A stretch of 64,000 bases of DNA from an uncultured Acidimicrobiia bacterium (GCA_963792405.1 CAWBVU010000005.1:198628-262627), one strand, 5' to 3'; shown: positions 10,378-20,760, counted from the first letter of the stretch. Notes: generated by a model not told the origin, from the letters alone. Made by a program: numbers and translations.

Positions 10378-11664
10378 GTGGCTGCACCCCCACCGAGGCT
10401 CATCCGGCTTGTATCGCTCGTGGTGTTGCTACTCCTCGCCTTTCCCGCAGCGGCCCTCGGGGAGGGCGAGACCATCCGTGGTTCCCTCCAGGTCCGTGCG
10501 GAGGACGAGCAGACGCCCGTCGAGGGGGTGCGACTGACCGTCCGCCTTGGTGGGGAGGACGTGGGGACCGCAATCTCCAACGCGGAGGGTGACTGGGAGA
10601 TCCCCGTGCCGGGTCCCGGGCTCTACGACGTCGAGCTCGATCAGTCGTCGCTGCCCGAGGGTGTGGCGCTCACCGATCAAGACCGCAGCATCCTGACCGA
10701 CGTCGAGGTCGCTGAGGGCAGGGCGAAGACAGTTCTCTTTCCCCTCGGGGAGAGCTCGATCTCGAACGTTTCGACGTACGAACGCATCGGAACCCTGTTC
10801 GTTGCGGGGCTGAAGCTCGGCGCCGTGATCGCGCTCAGTGCTGTGGGGCTGTCCCTGGTGTATGCGGTCACCGGCCTCGTCAACTTTGCGCACGGTGAGA
10901 TGGTGACGCTCGGGGCGGTCCTTGCCTACTTCTTCCATACCTCGCCTGCTGGGCCCCAATGGCCCTTGCTCGTCGCCGCCATCCCGGCGATCGCCCTCGG
11001 GGCGGCCTTCGGGTGGGCACAGGATCGCGGGCTCTGGCGACCGCTGCGCAAGAGTGGAATGGGGCTGATCTCGATGATGGTCGTCTCGATCGGTCTGGCA
11101 TTCGCCCTTCGCCATGCGATCCTCGTCGTCTTCAGCGGCCAGCGACGCCTGTACCGCGACTTCACCGGCCAGGGTCCTGTCGACATCCTCGGTATCCCTG
11201 TCGTTCCGAAGCACCTCGTCACGATCGTCGTGGCAGTCGTGGTACTGGGTGCCATCGGCCTGTTCCTCCAGAGGACCAAGATGGGAACGGCACTCCGAGC
11301 CGTCTCAGACGACGTCGACCTCTCCGAGTCCTCGGGTATCAACGTCGACCGAGTCGTGACACTGACGTGGATCCTCGCCGGCGGGCTCGCAGCCCTCGGT
11401 GGCATCTTCTTCGGATCCAACGAGGCAATCCAGTGGGACATGGGTTTCCGGCTCCTGCTCCTCATCTTCGCGGCCGTCGTCCTCGGCGGGCTCGGAACGG
11501 CATACGGTGCAATGCTCGGAGGGTTCATCGTCGGTATCGCCGTGGAGATGAGCACGCTCATCTTCCCATCGGAGCTCAAGGCGGCGGTCGGCTTGATCCT
11601 GCTGATCCTCATGCTGCTCGTGCGCCCCCAGGGAATGCTCGGAAGCAAGGAGAGGATCGGCTGA
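10378..11664 (+). CDS. livH: Branched-chain amino-acid ABC permease (LivH-like) with an N-terminal extracytoplasmic domain
   Basis: Signal-like segment, then a roughly 120-aa beta-rich domain (GETIRGSLQVRAED...GDWEIPVPGPGLYDVEL), then the LivH TM core. Start codon is uncertain; GTG at 10378 or ATG at 10243/10258. Confidence 0.65.
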   Translation: MAAPPPRLIRLVSLVVLLLLAFPAAALGEGETIRGSLQVRAEDEQTPVEGVRLTVRLGGEDVGTAISNAEGDWEIPVPGPGLYDVELDQSSLPEGVALTDQDRSILTDVEVAEGRAKTVLFPLGESSISNVSTYERIGTLFVAGLKLGAVIALSAVGLSLVYAVTGLVNFAHGEMVTLGAVLAYFFHTSPAGPQWPLLVAAIPAIALGAAFGWAQDRGLWRPLRKSGMGLISMMVVSIGLAFALRHAILVVFSGQRRLYRDFTGQGPVDILGIPVVPKHLVTIVVAVVVLGAIGLFLQRTKMGTALRAVSDDVDLSESSGINVDRVVTLTWILAGGLAALGGIFFGSNEAIQWDMGFRLLLLIFAAVVLGGLGTAYGAMLGGFIVGIAVEMSTLIFPSELKAAVGLILLILMLLVRPQGMLGSKERIG

Positions 11665-12656
11665 TGGACCTCCTCGGCATCCTCAGGGACGGCTTCCTCG
11701 CCATGATCGGCCCGGTCACGGCCGCGTACGCCATCTCGGCGATGAGCCTCAACCTGCAATTCGGGTACACCGGACTGCTGAACTTCGGCCAGGTCGCCTT
11801 CATGCTGGTCGGTGCCTACGGAACCGCGATCACCGTCGACCTCGGCGGATCCCTGTGGCTCGGGATCATCGTCGGGATCGCGGCTGCGGTACTGCTCGGA
11901 CTCCTGCTCGGCCTCCCGACGCTGCGCCTCCGCGCCGACTATCTCGCCATCACGACGATCGCGGCTGCCGAGGTCATCCGCTTGGTGGTTCGCTCATCGT
12001 GGGCGGAGCCCTTCACCAACGGTGTCTTCGGCATCCAGGGGTTCGCAAACGCATTCTTCGATCTGAGTCCATTCCCCGGTGGTGCCGTCTACGGGATCGG
12101 GTCTTGGCTCGTCACGGGCAGGCGGCTCTGGCTCATGATCGTGAGTTGGATCGTGGTGCTCCTCGTCATGCTGCTCATCCGCCGCCTGATCCTGAGCCCG
12201 TGGGGACGAGTCCTGCGAGCGATACGCGAGGACGAGGACGCGACGAGTTCCCTCGGGAAGGACGTGTTCGGATACAAGCTGCAGTCCCTCATGCTCGGTG
12301 GAGCCATCGGCGCCATCTCCGGCGTGCTCCTCGCGATCGAGCAGCAGAACGTCACACCCGACGCCTACCTCCCGAACGTGACCTTCATCCTCTACGTCAT
12401 CGTGATCCTCGGCGGCGCGGGGACGATCCTCGGACCCATCATCGGCGCACTCATCTTCCAGTTCGTGTTCTTCACGTTCGATGCGATCATGGCCTCCGCC
12501 CAAGCGGAGGTCGACTGGATCGGGACCCTGCTGACCCCCGCCGAAGCGGGACAGATCAAGCTCATCCTCGTCGGGGTCGGTCTCATCCTGCTGATGATCT
12601 ACCGACCCCAAGGGATCATGGGCGACGAGAACGAGGTGTTGATCGATGGGCGATGA
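11664..12656 (+). CDS. livM: Branched-chain amino-acid ABC permease LivM
   Basis: ATG overlaps the livH stop (ATGA); sequence shows LivM-type permease homology. Confidence 0.8.
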   Translation: MDLLGILRDGFLAMIGPVTAAYAISAMSLNLQFGYTGLLNFGQVAFMLVGAYGTAITVDLGGSLWLGIIVGIAAAVLLGLLLGLPTLRLRADYLAITTIAAAEVIRLVVRSSWAEPFTNGVFGIQGFANAFFDLSPFPGGAVYGIGSWLVTGRRLWLMIVSWIVVLLVMLLIRRLILSPWGRVLRAIREDEDATSSLGKDVFGYKLQSLMLGGAIGAISGVLLAIEQQNVTPDAYLPNVTFILYVIVILGGAGTILGPIIGALIFQFVFFTFDAIMASAQAEVDWIGTLLTPAEAGQIKLILVGVGLILLMIYRPQGIMGDENEVLIDGR

Positions 12657-13479
12657 GAGGACCAGCGCCCTCGCCGGTGTTGCGGCAGAGCCCGGCGTCC
12701 CCAAGCCGGACGCCGTCCTCGCCGTCTCGGGCGTCCATCGGTCCTTCGGTGGCCTCCAAGCCGTCAACGTCGACCGTCTCGAGGTCCAGCGGCACACCGT
12801 GACGTCCCTCATCGGCCCGAACGGCGCTGGCAAGACGACGCTGTTCAACCTCCTGAGCGGCTTCGACCGGGTCGATGGCGGCGAGTGGCACCTCAACGGA
12901 GGTCGCCTCGTCGGGATCTCCGCGTATCAGGTCGCTCGGCGCGGGATGGTGCGCACCTTCCAGCTCACCCGGTCCCTCGCACGGCTGACCGTGATGGAGA
13001 ACATGCTCGTCGCAGACCAGACGAACCCGGGCGAGAAGCTTCGTGGCGCCTTCATGGGGGGATGGCGCACGGCGGAGACCGCGGCAGAGGCAAAGGCGAT
13101 GGAACTGCTCGCACGATTCAACCTCGACCACATGACGGACGAGTTCGCAGGTTCCCTGTCGGGCGGACAGCGCAAGCTCCTCGAGGTCGCTCGTGCGTTG
13201 ATGGTGGATCCAGAGGTGATCATGCTCGATGAGCCGATGGCTGGCGTCAATCCTGCACTGACCCAAACGCTCCTGCGGCACATCACGAGCCTCCGCGATG
13301 ACGGCAAGACGGTGATCTTCATCGAGCACGACATGGACGTGGTGCAGGAGATCTCCGATTGGGTCGTCGTCATGGCGGAGGGGCGTGTGATCGCAGAGGG
13401 TCCGCCTGGCTCGATTGCACGAAATCGTGCCGTGATCGACGCGTACCTCGGATCGCACCACGGTGAGGCGGCATCTTGA
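12646..13479 (+). CDS. livG: ABC transporter ATP-binding protein LivG
   Basis: Walker A GPNGAGKTT, signature LSGGQRK, Walker B IMLDEP. Confidence 0.85.
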   Translation: MGDERTSALAGVAAEPGVPKPDAVLAVSGVHRSFGGLQAVNVDRLEVQRHTVTSLIGPNGAGKTTLFNLLSGFDRVDGGEWHLNGGRLVGISAYQVARRGMVRTFQLTRSLARLTVMENMLVADQTNPGEKLRGAFMGGWRTAETAAEAKAMELLARFNLDHMTDEFAGSLSGGQRKLLEVARALMVDPEVIMLDEPMAGVNPALTQTLLRHITSLRDDGKTVIFIEHDMDVVQEISDWVVVMAEGRVIAEGPPGSIARNRAVIDAYLGSHHGEAAS

Positions 13480-14210
13480 CGACCGGCGAACTCCTCCTTG
13501 AAGCCCGATCCGTGTATGCCGGGTACCTCCCGGGTGTTGACATCCTCCGCGATCTCGATCTCGACCTGTTCGATGGCGAGCTCGTCGGGATCATCGGCCC
13601 CAACGGTGCAGGCAAATCGACCTTCATCAAGGCAGTGTTCGGGCTCGTGGCCGTGCGCGGGGGCACGGTCAGGCTCAGCGGTGGCGACATCACGGCACTC
13701 GCGGCGCACGAGCTGGTCGCGCGCGGGGTCGGGTACGTACCACAGCGGGCGAATGTGTTCCCATCCCTCACCGTCGAGGAGAACCTGCGCATGGGCCTCT
13801 ACCTCGCGCCGAAGCTGTGGGATCAGCGGATCGACTACGTGACAGAGCTGTTCCCCCTCCTTCGCGACCGATCGTCACAGAAGGCGGGGCTGCTCTCGGG
13901 TGGTGAGCGGCAGATGGTGGCCATGGGCCGCGCCCTGATGATGGATCCGACACTCCTGCTTCTCGACGAGCCGTCCGCAGGGCTGTCCCCTGCCAACCAG
14001 GATCTCGTGTTCGAGCGCGTCAGGCGGATCGCCGATACGGGAGTGTCGATCCTCATGGTCGAACAGAACGCCAGGCGCTGCCTCCAGATCGCCGATCGCG
14101 CATATGTCCTCGATCAGGGGACCAACGCGTACGAAGGGACCGGCCACGAGCTGCTGCACGATCCCAACGTCATCGCCCTGTATCTCGGAACGCTCGGACG
14201 GGTGGAATAG
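13476..14210 (+). CDS. livF: ABC transporter ATP-binding protein LivF
   Basis: Walker A GPNGAGKST, signature LSGGERQ, Walker B LLLDEP. Confidence 0.85.
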   Translation: MTTGELLLEARSVYAGYLPGVDILRDLDLDLFDGELVGIIGPNGAGKSTFIKAVFGLVAVRGGTVRLSGGDITALAAHELVARGVGYVPQRANVFPSLTVEENLRMGLYLAPKLWDQRIDYVTELFPLLRDRSSQKAGLLSGGERQMVAMGRALMMDPTLLLLDEPSAGLSPANQDLVFERVRRIADTGVSILMVEQNARRCLQIADRAYVLDQGTNAYEGTGHELLHDPNVIALYLGTLGRVE

Positions 14211-14211
14211 A

Positions 14212-14238
14212 GGAGGGGCCCGGTGACCGGGCCCCTCC
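14212..14238. terminator. Perfect 12-bp inverted repeat between convergent livF and the binding-protein gene (bidirectional terminator candidate)
   Basis: GGAGGGGCCCGG-tga-CCGGGCCCCTCC, immediately after the livF stop. Confidence 0.5.
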
Positions 14239-14263
14239 TTGTCTCATGGCCTTTCGACCGACG

Positions 14264-15604
14264 TCAGAGGTTTCCGACGATCTGGTCGAAGGTCTGGGGT
14301 GCACCCTCGGCGTCGTACTCGAACAGGTCGTACGTACCGATACTTGGCTCTCCGTTGTCTCCGAAGTCCAGCGGACCGGAGGCACCGTCATAGTCGATGT
14401 CGGCCCCCTGCTGGAGCAGCTCGAAGCATCCCGCAAAGGTGTTGCACTTCTCCCCGTCCCTGGTGACCGTGATCATGTTGTTCACAAACACGGTCGGATC
14501 GGCGGTCTGTGCCTCCTGGGCCGCGAGGACCGTCACCATGAGGCAGTCGTAGAAATGGGCCGAGAAGATCGTCGGCGTACCCGGGGCGAATGCCTCGAGG
14601 CGAGCGGCGAACGTCGGCTCACCGTTCGCAGGCGACGACGACGGCGCGGTGCCGCGAATGCCCTCGAGCAGTCCGGCGTTGCCCCCGAGGGACGCGGCCG
14701 TCACGTTGTCCTTGAACCCGTCGGCGATGTAGATCTGTCCGTCGAAGCCAGCGCCGCTCAGATCCTGGAGGATCTGAGCGCCCTCGTCGAAGGTGATCAT
14801 CGCAACGGCCTCCGCTCCGGAGTTCACGATCGATGCAGTCAGGTCCGAGAAGGACGCGGCATTGAAGTCGTATCCCTCCTGGAGGGTGACCGTCGCACCG
14901 GCGGATGCGAGATACGCTGCAAGGCTCTCACCGAACCCGCGGCCGTACTCGTCCGCACGCCACACGACGGCGACCGAGGCCTGGCCATCGTTGATGATCA
15001 GGTCCCCGAGCGCGGGCGCCTGGATGTCATCCGACGGTGCCGTCCTCGTGTAGTACGGGTCGTACGTCGACGCGCTGAGCGCCGCACCGGTGTTGGATCC
15101 CGAGCACATCGGGAGCTGGCTCTCGTTGACCTTGTCGAACACGCCGAGCGTCACACCGGTCGCTGCCGGGCCGACGATGGCCTGGAAGCTTCCCGTGAGG
15201 AACTCATCGATGTTCGTCGAGGCGATGTTCGGATCCGTCCCTGAGTCCGCATAGGTCACGGAAACAAGACCGGGCGACACCGCGTTGATCTCCTCGACAC
15301 CCATCCTGACGGGCTGCTCGAGTGCCTCGATGATGGCTGCGAGGGCACCGGTCTGCGGCAGGATCGACCCGATATTCAGGGCGATCGGCGCAAACTCGGG
15401 TGCGGCCTCCGTCGTTGTCGTGGTCTCTGCTGCGGTCGTCGTGGTCTCTGCTGCGGTCGTCGTGGTCTCTGCTGCGGTCGTCGTGGTCGTCGTGTCCAGC
15501 GCTTCGTCGTCGCCACCGCTGTTCACGGCGATGATGATGACGACGATGATGGCGACGGCTGCGACGGCGATCCACGGCAACCATCTCTTGAGGTTGTCGT
15601 TCAC
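14264..15604 (-). CDS. Membrane-anchored Liv-type ABC substrate-binding protein with a Thr-rich linker
   Basis: GTG start preceded by GGAGGA. N-terminal TM, a TTTTAAETTTT linker, then a periplasmic-binding-protein type I fold. Confidence 0.75.
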   Translation of the reverse strand: MNDNLKRWLPWIAVAAVAIIVVIIIAVNSGGDDEALDTTTTTTAAETTTTAAETTTTAAETTTTTEAAPEFAPIALNIGSILPQTGALAAIIEALEQPVRMGVEEINAVSPGLVSVTYADSGTDPNIASTNIDEFLTGSFQAIVGPAATGVTLGVFDKVNESQLPMCSGSNTGAALSASTYDPYYTRTAPSDDIQAPALGDLIINDGQASVAVVWRADEYGRGFGESLAAYLASAGATVTLQEGYDFNAASFSDLTASIVNSGAEAVAMITFDEGAQILQDLSGAGFDGQIYIADGFKDNVTAASLGGNAGLLEGIRGTAPSSSPANGEPTFAARLEAFAPGTPTIFSAHFYDCLMVTVLAAQEAQTADPTVFVNNMITVTRDGEKCNTFAGCFELLQQGADIDYDGASGPLDFGDNGEPSIGTYDLFEYDAEGAPQTFDQIVGNL

Positions 15605-15723
15605 GTTGGGTTCCTCCGGTTTCGTTGTGCGACGACAGTGACTGTCGCGCGATCGCAAAGCGTAGACCTCCCATCAACCGATCGGCAAGGCTCTCGACAG
15701 GCGTTTCGGAGTACCTTTAGGCG

Positions 15724-17040
15724 ATGTCCGATCGCACCGACGCCCACGTCGCCCGCCAGCGCCAGCGCCTCACGGCCTCGGTCACCGACCTCGAGGTCGC
15801 CAGGCAGCGCGCCCTGCTCGTCGGCCTCTTCAGCTCGCCCTCACAGCGCACGTCCGCGGCCGCGAGCCTGGAGGAGCTCGGCCTGCTCATGGACACGGCA
15901 GGCTCGGACCCGATCGCCTCGGAACTGGTTCGGAGGGAGCGTCCCGACGCCGCGACCTACATCGGCAAGGGCAAGTTGGCCGAGCTCGTCGCCTTGTCGA
16001 ACGCCGAGGACATCGATGTCGTGGCGTTCGACAACGAGCTCACACCTGCCCAGCAGCGCAACCTCCAGAAGGCCTTCGCGTGCGACGTGGTCGATAGGAC
16101 CGCCCTCATCCTCGACATCTTCGCCCAGCACGCCCACACCAAGGAGGGCATGCTGCAGGTCGAGCTCGCCCAACACCGCTACCGGCTTCCGAGGCTCCGC
16201 GGAAAGGGCGTCGAGTTGTCCCGCCTCGGTGCGGGCATCGGCACACGGGGCCCGGGCGAGACCAAGCTCGAGACCGACCGGAGGCGGATCCTCGAGCGGG
16301 TGCGCAAGATCGAGCGGGAGCTGAAGGACGCCAAGCGGTCGCGGGAGACCCGAAGCAAGCGCCGAAAGGGCTCAGGGGAGCCCGTGATCACGATCGTCGG
16401 CTACACGAACGCGGGCAAGTCGACACTGTTCAACCGGCTCACCGACGCGGGGGTGCTTGTGGAGGACCGCCTCTTCGCGACGCTCGATTCCACCGTACGC
16501 AAGCTCGAGCTCCCCCACGGCCACACCGCCCTCGTGTCCGACACAGTGGGATTCGTCAGGGACCTCCCCCACGAGCTCGTGGAAGCGTTCCGATCGACCC
16601 TCGAGGAGGCGACCGACGCCGACCTCCTGGTTCACCTCGTCGACGCATCCGATTCGGATCCCGACCACCAGGTCACGTCGGTGCGGTCGGTGCTCCACGA
16701 GATCGGTGCGGACGATGTGGACGAGCTGATCGTGTTCAACAAGACCGATGCGGTCGATGTGACGACCGTCGAGAGGCTGCGTGCGCTCCACCCCGACGCC
16801 CAGTTCATCTCCGCGATCACCGGAGACGGCGTCGAAGGGCTCCTCGAAGCGATCGTGGATGGCCTCCGCGCCAAGACGGTCGATCTCGATCTGGTCATCC
16901 CCTACGGCAGGGGCGATGTGCTGGCCGACGCCCACAACAGCGGCGACGTCCTGTCACAGGACCACACCGACGACGGGACCGCGGTGAAGGTGCGGGTCCC
17001 CCACGACGCCGCTCCGCGCTTCCGGGCGTTCGTCGCCTGA
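15724..17040 (+). CDS. hflX: GTPase HflX
   Basis: HflX N-domain plus G-domain motifs GYTNAGKST, DTVGF, NKTD. Confidence 0.85.
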   Translation: MSDRTDAHVARQRQRLTASVTDLEVARQRALLVGLFSSPSQRTSAAASLEELGLLMDTAGSDPIASELVRRERPDAATYIGKGKLAELVALSNAEDIDVVAFDNELTPAQQRNLQKAFACDVVDRTALILDIFAQHAHTKEGMLQVELAQHRYRLPRLRGKGVELSRLGAGIGTRGPGETKLETDRRRILERVRKIERELKDAKRSRETRSKRRKGSGEPVITIVGYTNAGKSTLFNRLTDAGVLVEDRLFATLDSTVRKLELPHGHTALVSDTVGFVRDLPHELVEAFRSTLEEATDADLLVHLVDASDSDPDHQVTSVRSVLHEIGADDVDELIVFNKTDAVDVTTVERLRALHPDAQFISAITGDGVEGLLEAIVDGLRAKTVDLDLVIPYGRGDVLADAHNSGDVLSQDHTDDGTAVKVRVPHDAAPRFRAFVA

Positions 17041-17049
17041 GCCCTCCCC

Positions 17050-18084
17050 TCAACGGCCGTGCTCGATGCGGTCGAGCATCGCGCGGATCCTGCGTTCGCC
17101 CCGCTCGTAGATCCCCGGTGCCTCACCCATCCACTCGGGCTGCTTGATGACATCGTTCGCGATCACGAGCGTGCGCCCTGCGACGAACGTGGCGACCTCG
17201 CCCCCGCGGTCGGGCCACGGAGCGACCGACTCATATCCCTCGCGGAATTCCCGCCACCGCCGATCGAAGGCGTCGCTCGGCCACAGGTAGTACAGCGCAA
17301 CACCGATGTCCTGCACGGGCCAGCCCCACACGAGGTCCTCGAAGTCGAACACGGACACCCTCCCCCGGTACTGCTTGGCGTTCCAGCCGTGGAGGTCGCC
17401 GTGGATGAGGCGGGGAGGTTCCCGTTCGGCGAGGGCCGCGATCGCCTGCTCGGTCCGTCGATGGGCTTCCTCGAACAGCACGCGCCTCGGAGGAGGAAGG
17501 AGATCGTCCCCTGCGTCGGTGAACAGCGTGAAGGACGTGCGGTACGGGTAGGCGCGGTCGTACGTCGGAACCGCGAACCCCGCCGATGGGGTGAACGAGA
17601 CACTCTCGAGGTGGAGGGTGGCCATCGCAGCTCCGTACGGCCCGAGGCCCGTCCGGTCGATCCGGTCCATCAGCAGGGGCCCGTCGAGCCATGTGAACAT
17701 GCAGGCCAGTCGGCGATGGGGAACGCCCTCACCCTCGACGGCCACCACCACGTCACCAGCTGGTGTCCGCACGACCTCTGGCACGGCCAGCTTCGATGTC
17801 GAGGAGAGGTGGTCGACGAATTCGAGTTCCGAGCGCATCTCCTCCTCGGAGTGCCCGAGCGGCGGGCCGAGGCCGATGCGGAGAAGGAACCGCCCGCCAT
17901 CGGCGGTGTCGACGCGGAACACGCCATTGGTGGCGTCGGGGAGCCCGCGGAGCCCCACGACCTCGATGTCGTACTGGCGCAAGGCTCGCCGTGCGAGCGG
18001 CCGCAGCCTGCGGGATCGGCCCCGATCGGTGAGCTGGGTGTAGTCCTTCACGGGTGCCTCAGATGAAATCCAGGATGCCGACAT
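17050..18084 (-). CDS. Phosphotransferase family protein (APH/homoserine-kinase-like)
   Basis: HGDLHGWN catalytic motif and DFED motif. Confidence 0.6.
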   Translation of the reverse strand: MSASWISSEAPVKDYTQLTDRGRSRRLRPLARRALRQYDIEVVGLRGLPDATNGVFRVDTADGGRFLLRIGLGPPLGHSEEEMRSELEFVDHLSSTSKLAVPEVVRTPAGDVVVAVEGEGVPHRRLACMFTWLDGPLLMDRIDRTGLGPYGAAMATLHLESVSFTPSAGFAVPTYDRAYPYRTSFTLFTDAGDDLLPPPRRVLFEEAHRRTEQAIAALAEREPPRLIHGDLHGWNAKQYRGRVSVFDFEDLVWGWPVQDIGVALYYLWPSDAFDRRWREFREGYESVAPWPDRGGEVATFVAGRTLVIANDVIKQPEWMGEAPGIYERGERRIRAMLDRIEHGR

Positions 18085-19381
18085 CCGGATCGGGCTCGGC
18101 AGCACGCTCCGGGGACGGCTCGTGATGACGCACGCTCTCTGGGACGAGCACGAGCGAGACGTAGGCCACCTGGATGATGAGGGCGAGGACGCCCGCCGAC
18201 GACAGCCCGAGCTCGGTCGGCCAGAACGGGAGGACGGGGATCAGGGCTCCCATCACCCAGGCGGTCTGGAACATCGACTCGGCGATCGTGAAGGCCTTGC
18301 CCCGTTCCCTCGTCGGCACCGTGGCGTGCATCATCGCGTCGAACGCGAACTTCGCCATCCCCCACGCGAACCCCGCCGCGGCGGCGAGGACGCCGGCCGC
18401 GAGGAGCGACAGCGCCTGCGCCCCGATGAACGCCGCCATCGCCATCACAGCCAGGGCGCCGACCACCATCGGCTCCTCTCGGACGTACCGACCCACCGCA
18501 GGGGCGATCCACGCGGCGAGGAAGTAGCCGAGGCCGGCAGAGGCGAGCAGGACGCCGAGCGTGCCGATGCCCGTGTCCTCCCCGCCGAAGGCGAAGGCGA
18601 CGAGCAGCACGAGGTACCCGCTCAGGAAGCGCACCCCTGCCGTCGCGAACCTCGCCAGCCTGACGGCCCTGGGCACCTCGTAATGTGACCCCCGGCCGTC
18701 CTCTGCCGGCAGCGATACCGGCGGAAGCTGGCTCGCTGCCCACGCAGATATCACGTAGAGGACCGCCGCGGCCACGAGCGCCGGACCGGGCCCGGCGAGG
18801 GCCGAGACCGCCGCACCGATGGGAACCACGACCGACGCGGCGATCACCCCTGCACGGGCGAGCCTGGCGTTGGCGTCGATCAATTCATCGGTGTTGCGTA
18901 CGACGACGGGGAGCACGCTCGACCTCGCGATCCCGTGGAACCGTGAGAGCACGAGCAGCGCAAACCCGAGCGGGAACACGAGCCACGTCTCCACCGCGAA
19001 GACGAGCGCGATGGCGACCACGGTCCGGCCCACGGACGAGGCGACCAGGCTCGCTCGATATGCACCGGGCGCACGCTCGAACACCCTCCCGAGGATGGGA
19101 CCGAGCACGGCGAACGGCGCGAGGGTGATGAGGAGGTACAGCGCGACGTTCTCCCTGGCCTCCGTGGACGGAACCCCGAACAGCAGCGTGCCCGCGAGCG
19201 CGACGCCGACGAGGGCATCGCCTGCCACGGATGCGCCATGGGACTCGGCGAGCCGGTGGTAGCCCCTGCCCCAGCCCCGGAACACCGAGGCGACGCTGTC
19301 GACGAGCGACTGGAGCACGCGGGAACCTATTGCCGCGTCAGTGCGGGTGGTGTCGTCCCGACGTCCCCTGGACCGATCCAT
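18059..19381 (-). CDS. MFS transporter
   Basis: 440 aa with about 12 predicted TM helices. Confidence 0.65.
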   Translation of the reverse strand: MDRSRGRRDDTTRTDAAIGSRVLQSLVDSVASVFRGWGRGYHRLAESHGASVAGDALVGVALAGTLLFGVPSTEARENVALYLLITLAPFAVLGPILGRVFERAPGAYRASLVASSVGRTVVAIALVFAVETWLVFPLGFALLVLSRFHGIARSSVLPVVVRNTDELIDANARLARAGVIAASVVVPIGAAVSALAGPGPALVAAAVLYVISAWAASQLPPVSLPAEDGRGSHYEVPRAVRLARFATAGVRFLSGYLVLLVAFAFGGEDTGIGTLGVLLASAGLGYFLAAWIAPAVGRYVREEPMVVGALAVMAMAAFIGAQALSLLAAGVLAAAAGFAWGMAKFAFDAMMHATVPTRERGKAFTIAESMFQTAWVMGALIPVLPFWPTELGLSSAGVLALIIQVAYVSLVLVPESVRHHEPSPERAAEPDPDVGILDFI

Positions 19382-19422
19382 ACCCCGACGATATCGCTGT
19401 GGTCACGGACGGTGTGCCGTTG

Positions 19423-20760
19423 TCACAGGAGCTTCGTGGCGAGCTCCGCGAGGGGGCTGCGGACGGTCCGCTCGAGGGTGATGTGCCCGAACATGGGATT
19501 GCCCTTGAACTTCTCGATCAGGGCGGCGAGGCCGCCGAATGGCGACACATAGGGGTTGTCGACCTGGCTGAGGTCCCCGCAGAACACCACCTTCGAGTCA
19601 GCGGAGATGCGCGTGAGGATGACCTTGAGCGTCGACAGCTCGAGGTTCTGGGCCTCGTCGACGATCACGAGCTCCCCTGTGATCGACCGGCCGCGCAGGT
19701 AGGTGACCGCGGCCATCTCGAGTACGTCACGATCGAAGAGCTCCTCGACGGCATCCCTCGGGTTCGAGCCATCGGCACCGAAGAGGGCGTAGAGGTTGTC
19801 GTGCACCGCGGCCATCCACGGCTCGAGCTTCTCGTTGAGGTCACCCGGCAGGAACCCGACCTCCTGGCGACCGACCGCGATGAGGGGCCGGTACACCGAC
19901 ACCCTTCGATACCTCCCGAGCTCGAGCACCTGCTCGAGGGCCGCGGCGAGTGACAGGAACGTCTTCCCCGTTCCCGCGACGCCCATCACGCTCACCGCCG
20001 TGATGTCGGGATCGAGGAGCAGATCGGCCGCGAACGCCTGCCTCACGTTCTTCGTCTCGATGCCGAACACGTGACGCGAACCCGGGACGCGCACGGCGAT
20101 GGGGTCCGGCCCCTCCTCTGCGACCCTCGCCAGACCGGAGGTCGAGCCGGGGCCCTTCAGGATCACATACTGGTTGACGATCCCATCGAGCTCGGGCACG
20201 ACGACCTTGCCGGAGTCGTACAGCTCGTCGATCACGTCCTGATCGACCTCGACCTCGGCGACTCCCGAGTAGGACTCGTCGACCTGCACGATGTCGCCCC
20301 GATAGTCCTCCACGTCAACGTCGAGCTGCGCTCCCTTGATGCGAAGGGCCGCGTCCTTCGTGACGAGGACGGCCTCGTGCCCCCCATCCCTCAGGTTCAG
20401 GCACGTTGCGAGGATCCGATGATCGGGGGTCGATGGGTTGAGCACCTCGGGAAGCCTGTCGGAGTGGACGCCGTTGAGTTCGATGCGCACCGACCCACCC
20501 GCAGGCAGCGGATGCGGGGAGGAGAGGCCCCCGGATCGGGACGCACCCATCTCCTCGAGCAGGCGAATGGCGCTTCGGGCGTTGGCGCCGACCTCGTCCA
20601 TGCGTGACTTCTGCTTGTCGAGCTCCTCGATCACGACGAGGGGGAGGACGACGTCGTGCTCGTCGAAGCGGAGGATCGCCTGGGGATCGGCAAGGAGGAC
20701 ACACGTGTCCAGGACGTAGGTGGTGGGGTGGGGGGAGCTGGAGCGTTTCCGCTGAGGCAC
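19423..20760 (-). CDS. phoH2: PhoH2 (PIN-domain ribonuclease fused to a PhoH-like ATPase)
   Basis: PIN motif YVLDTCVLLADP...VIEELD; P-loop GVAGTGKTFLSLA; GTG start chosen at 20760. Confidence 0.75.
   Translation of the reverse strand: MPQRKRSSSPHPTTYVLDTCVLLADPQAILRFDEHDVVLPLVVIEELDKQKSRMDEVGANARSAIRLLEEMGASRSGGLSSPHPLPAGGSVRIELNGVHSDRLPEVLNPSTPDHRILATCLNLRDGGHEAVLVTKDAALRIKGAQLDVDVEDYRGDIVQVDESYSGVAEVEVDQDVIDELYDSGKVVVPELDGIVNQYVILKGPGSTSGLARVAEEGPDPIAVRVPGSRHVFGIETKNVRQAFAADLLLDPDITAVSVMGVAGTGKTFLSLAAALEQVLELGRYRRVSVYRPLIAVGRQEVGFLPGDLNEKLEPWMAAVHDNLYALFGADGSNPRDAVEELFDRDVLEMAAVTYLRGRSITGELVIVDEAQNLELSTLKVILTRISADSKVVFCGDLSQVDNPYVSPFGGLAALIEKFKGNPMFGHITLERTVRSPLAELATKLL

Noticed and set aside
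15724-17040. Possible SelB (Sec-specific elongation factor) because of the nearby selenium genes
   Set aside because: The domain order (HflX N-domain, coiled coil, G-domain) and motifs identify it as HflX, not SelB/EF-Tu-like.
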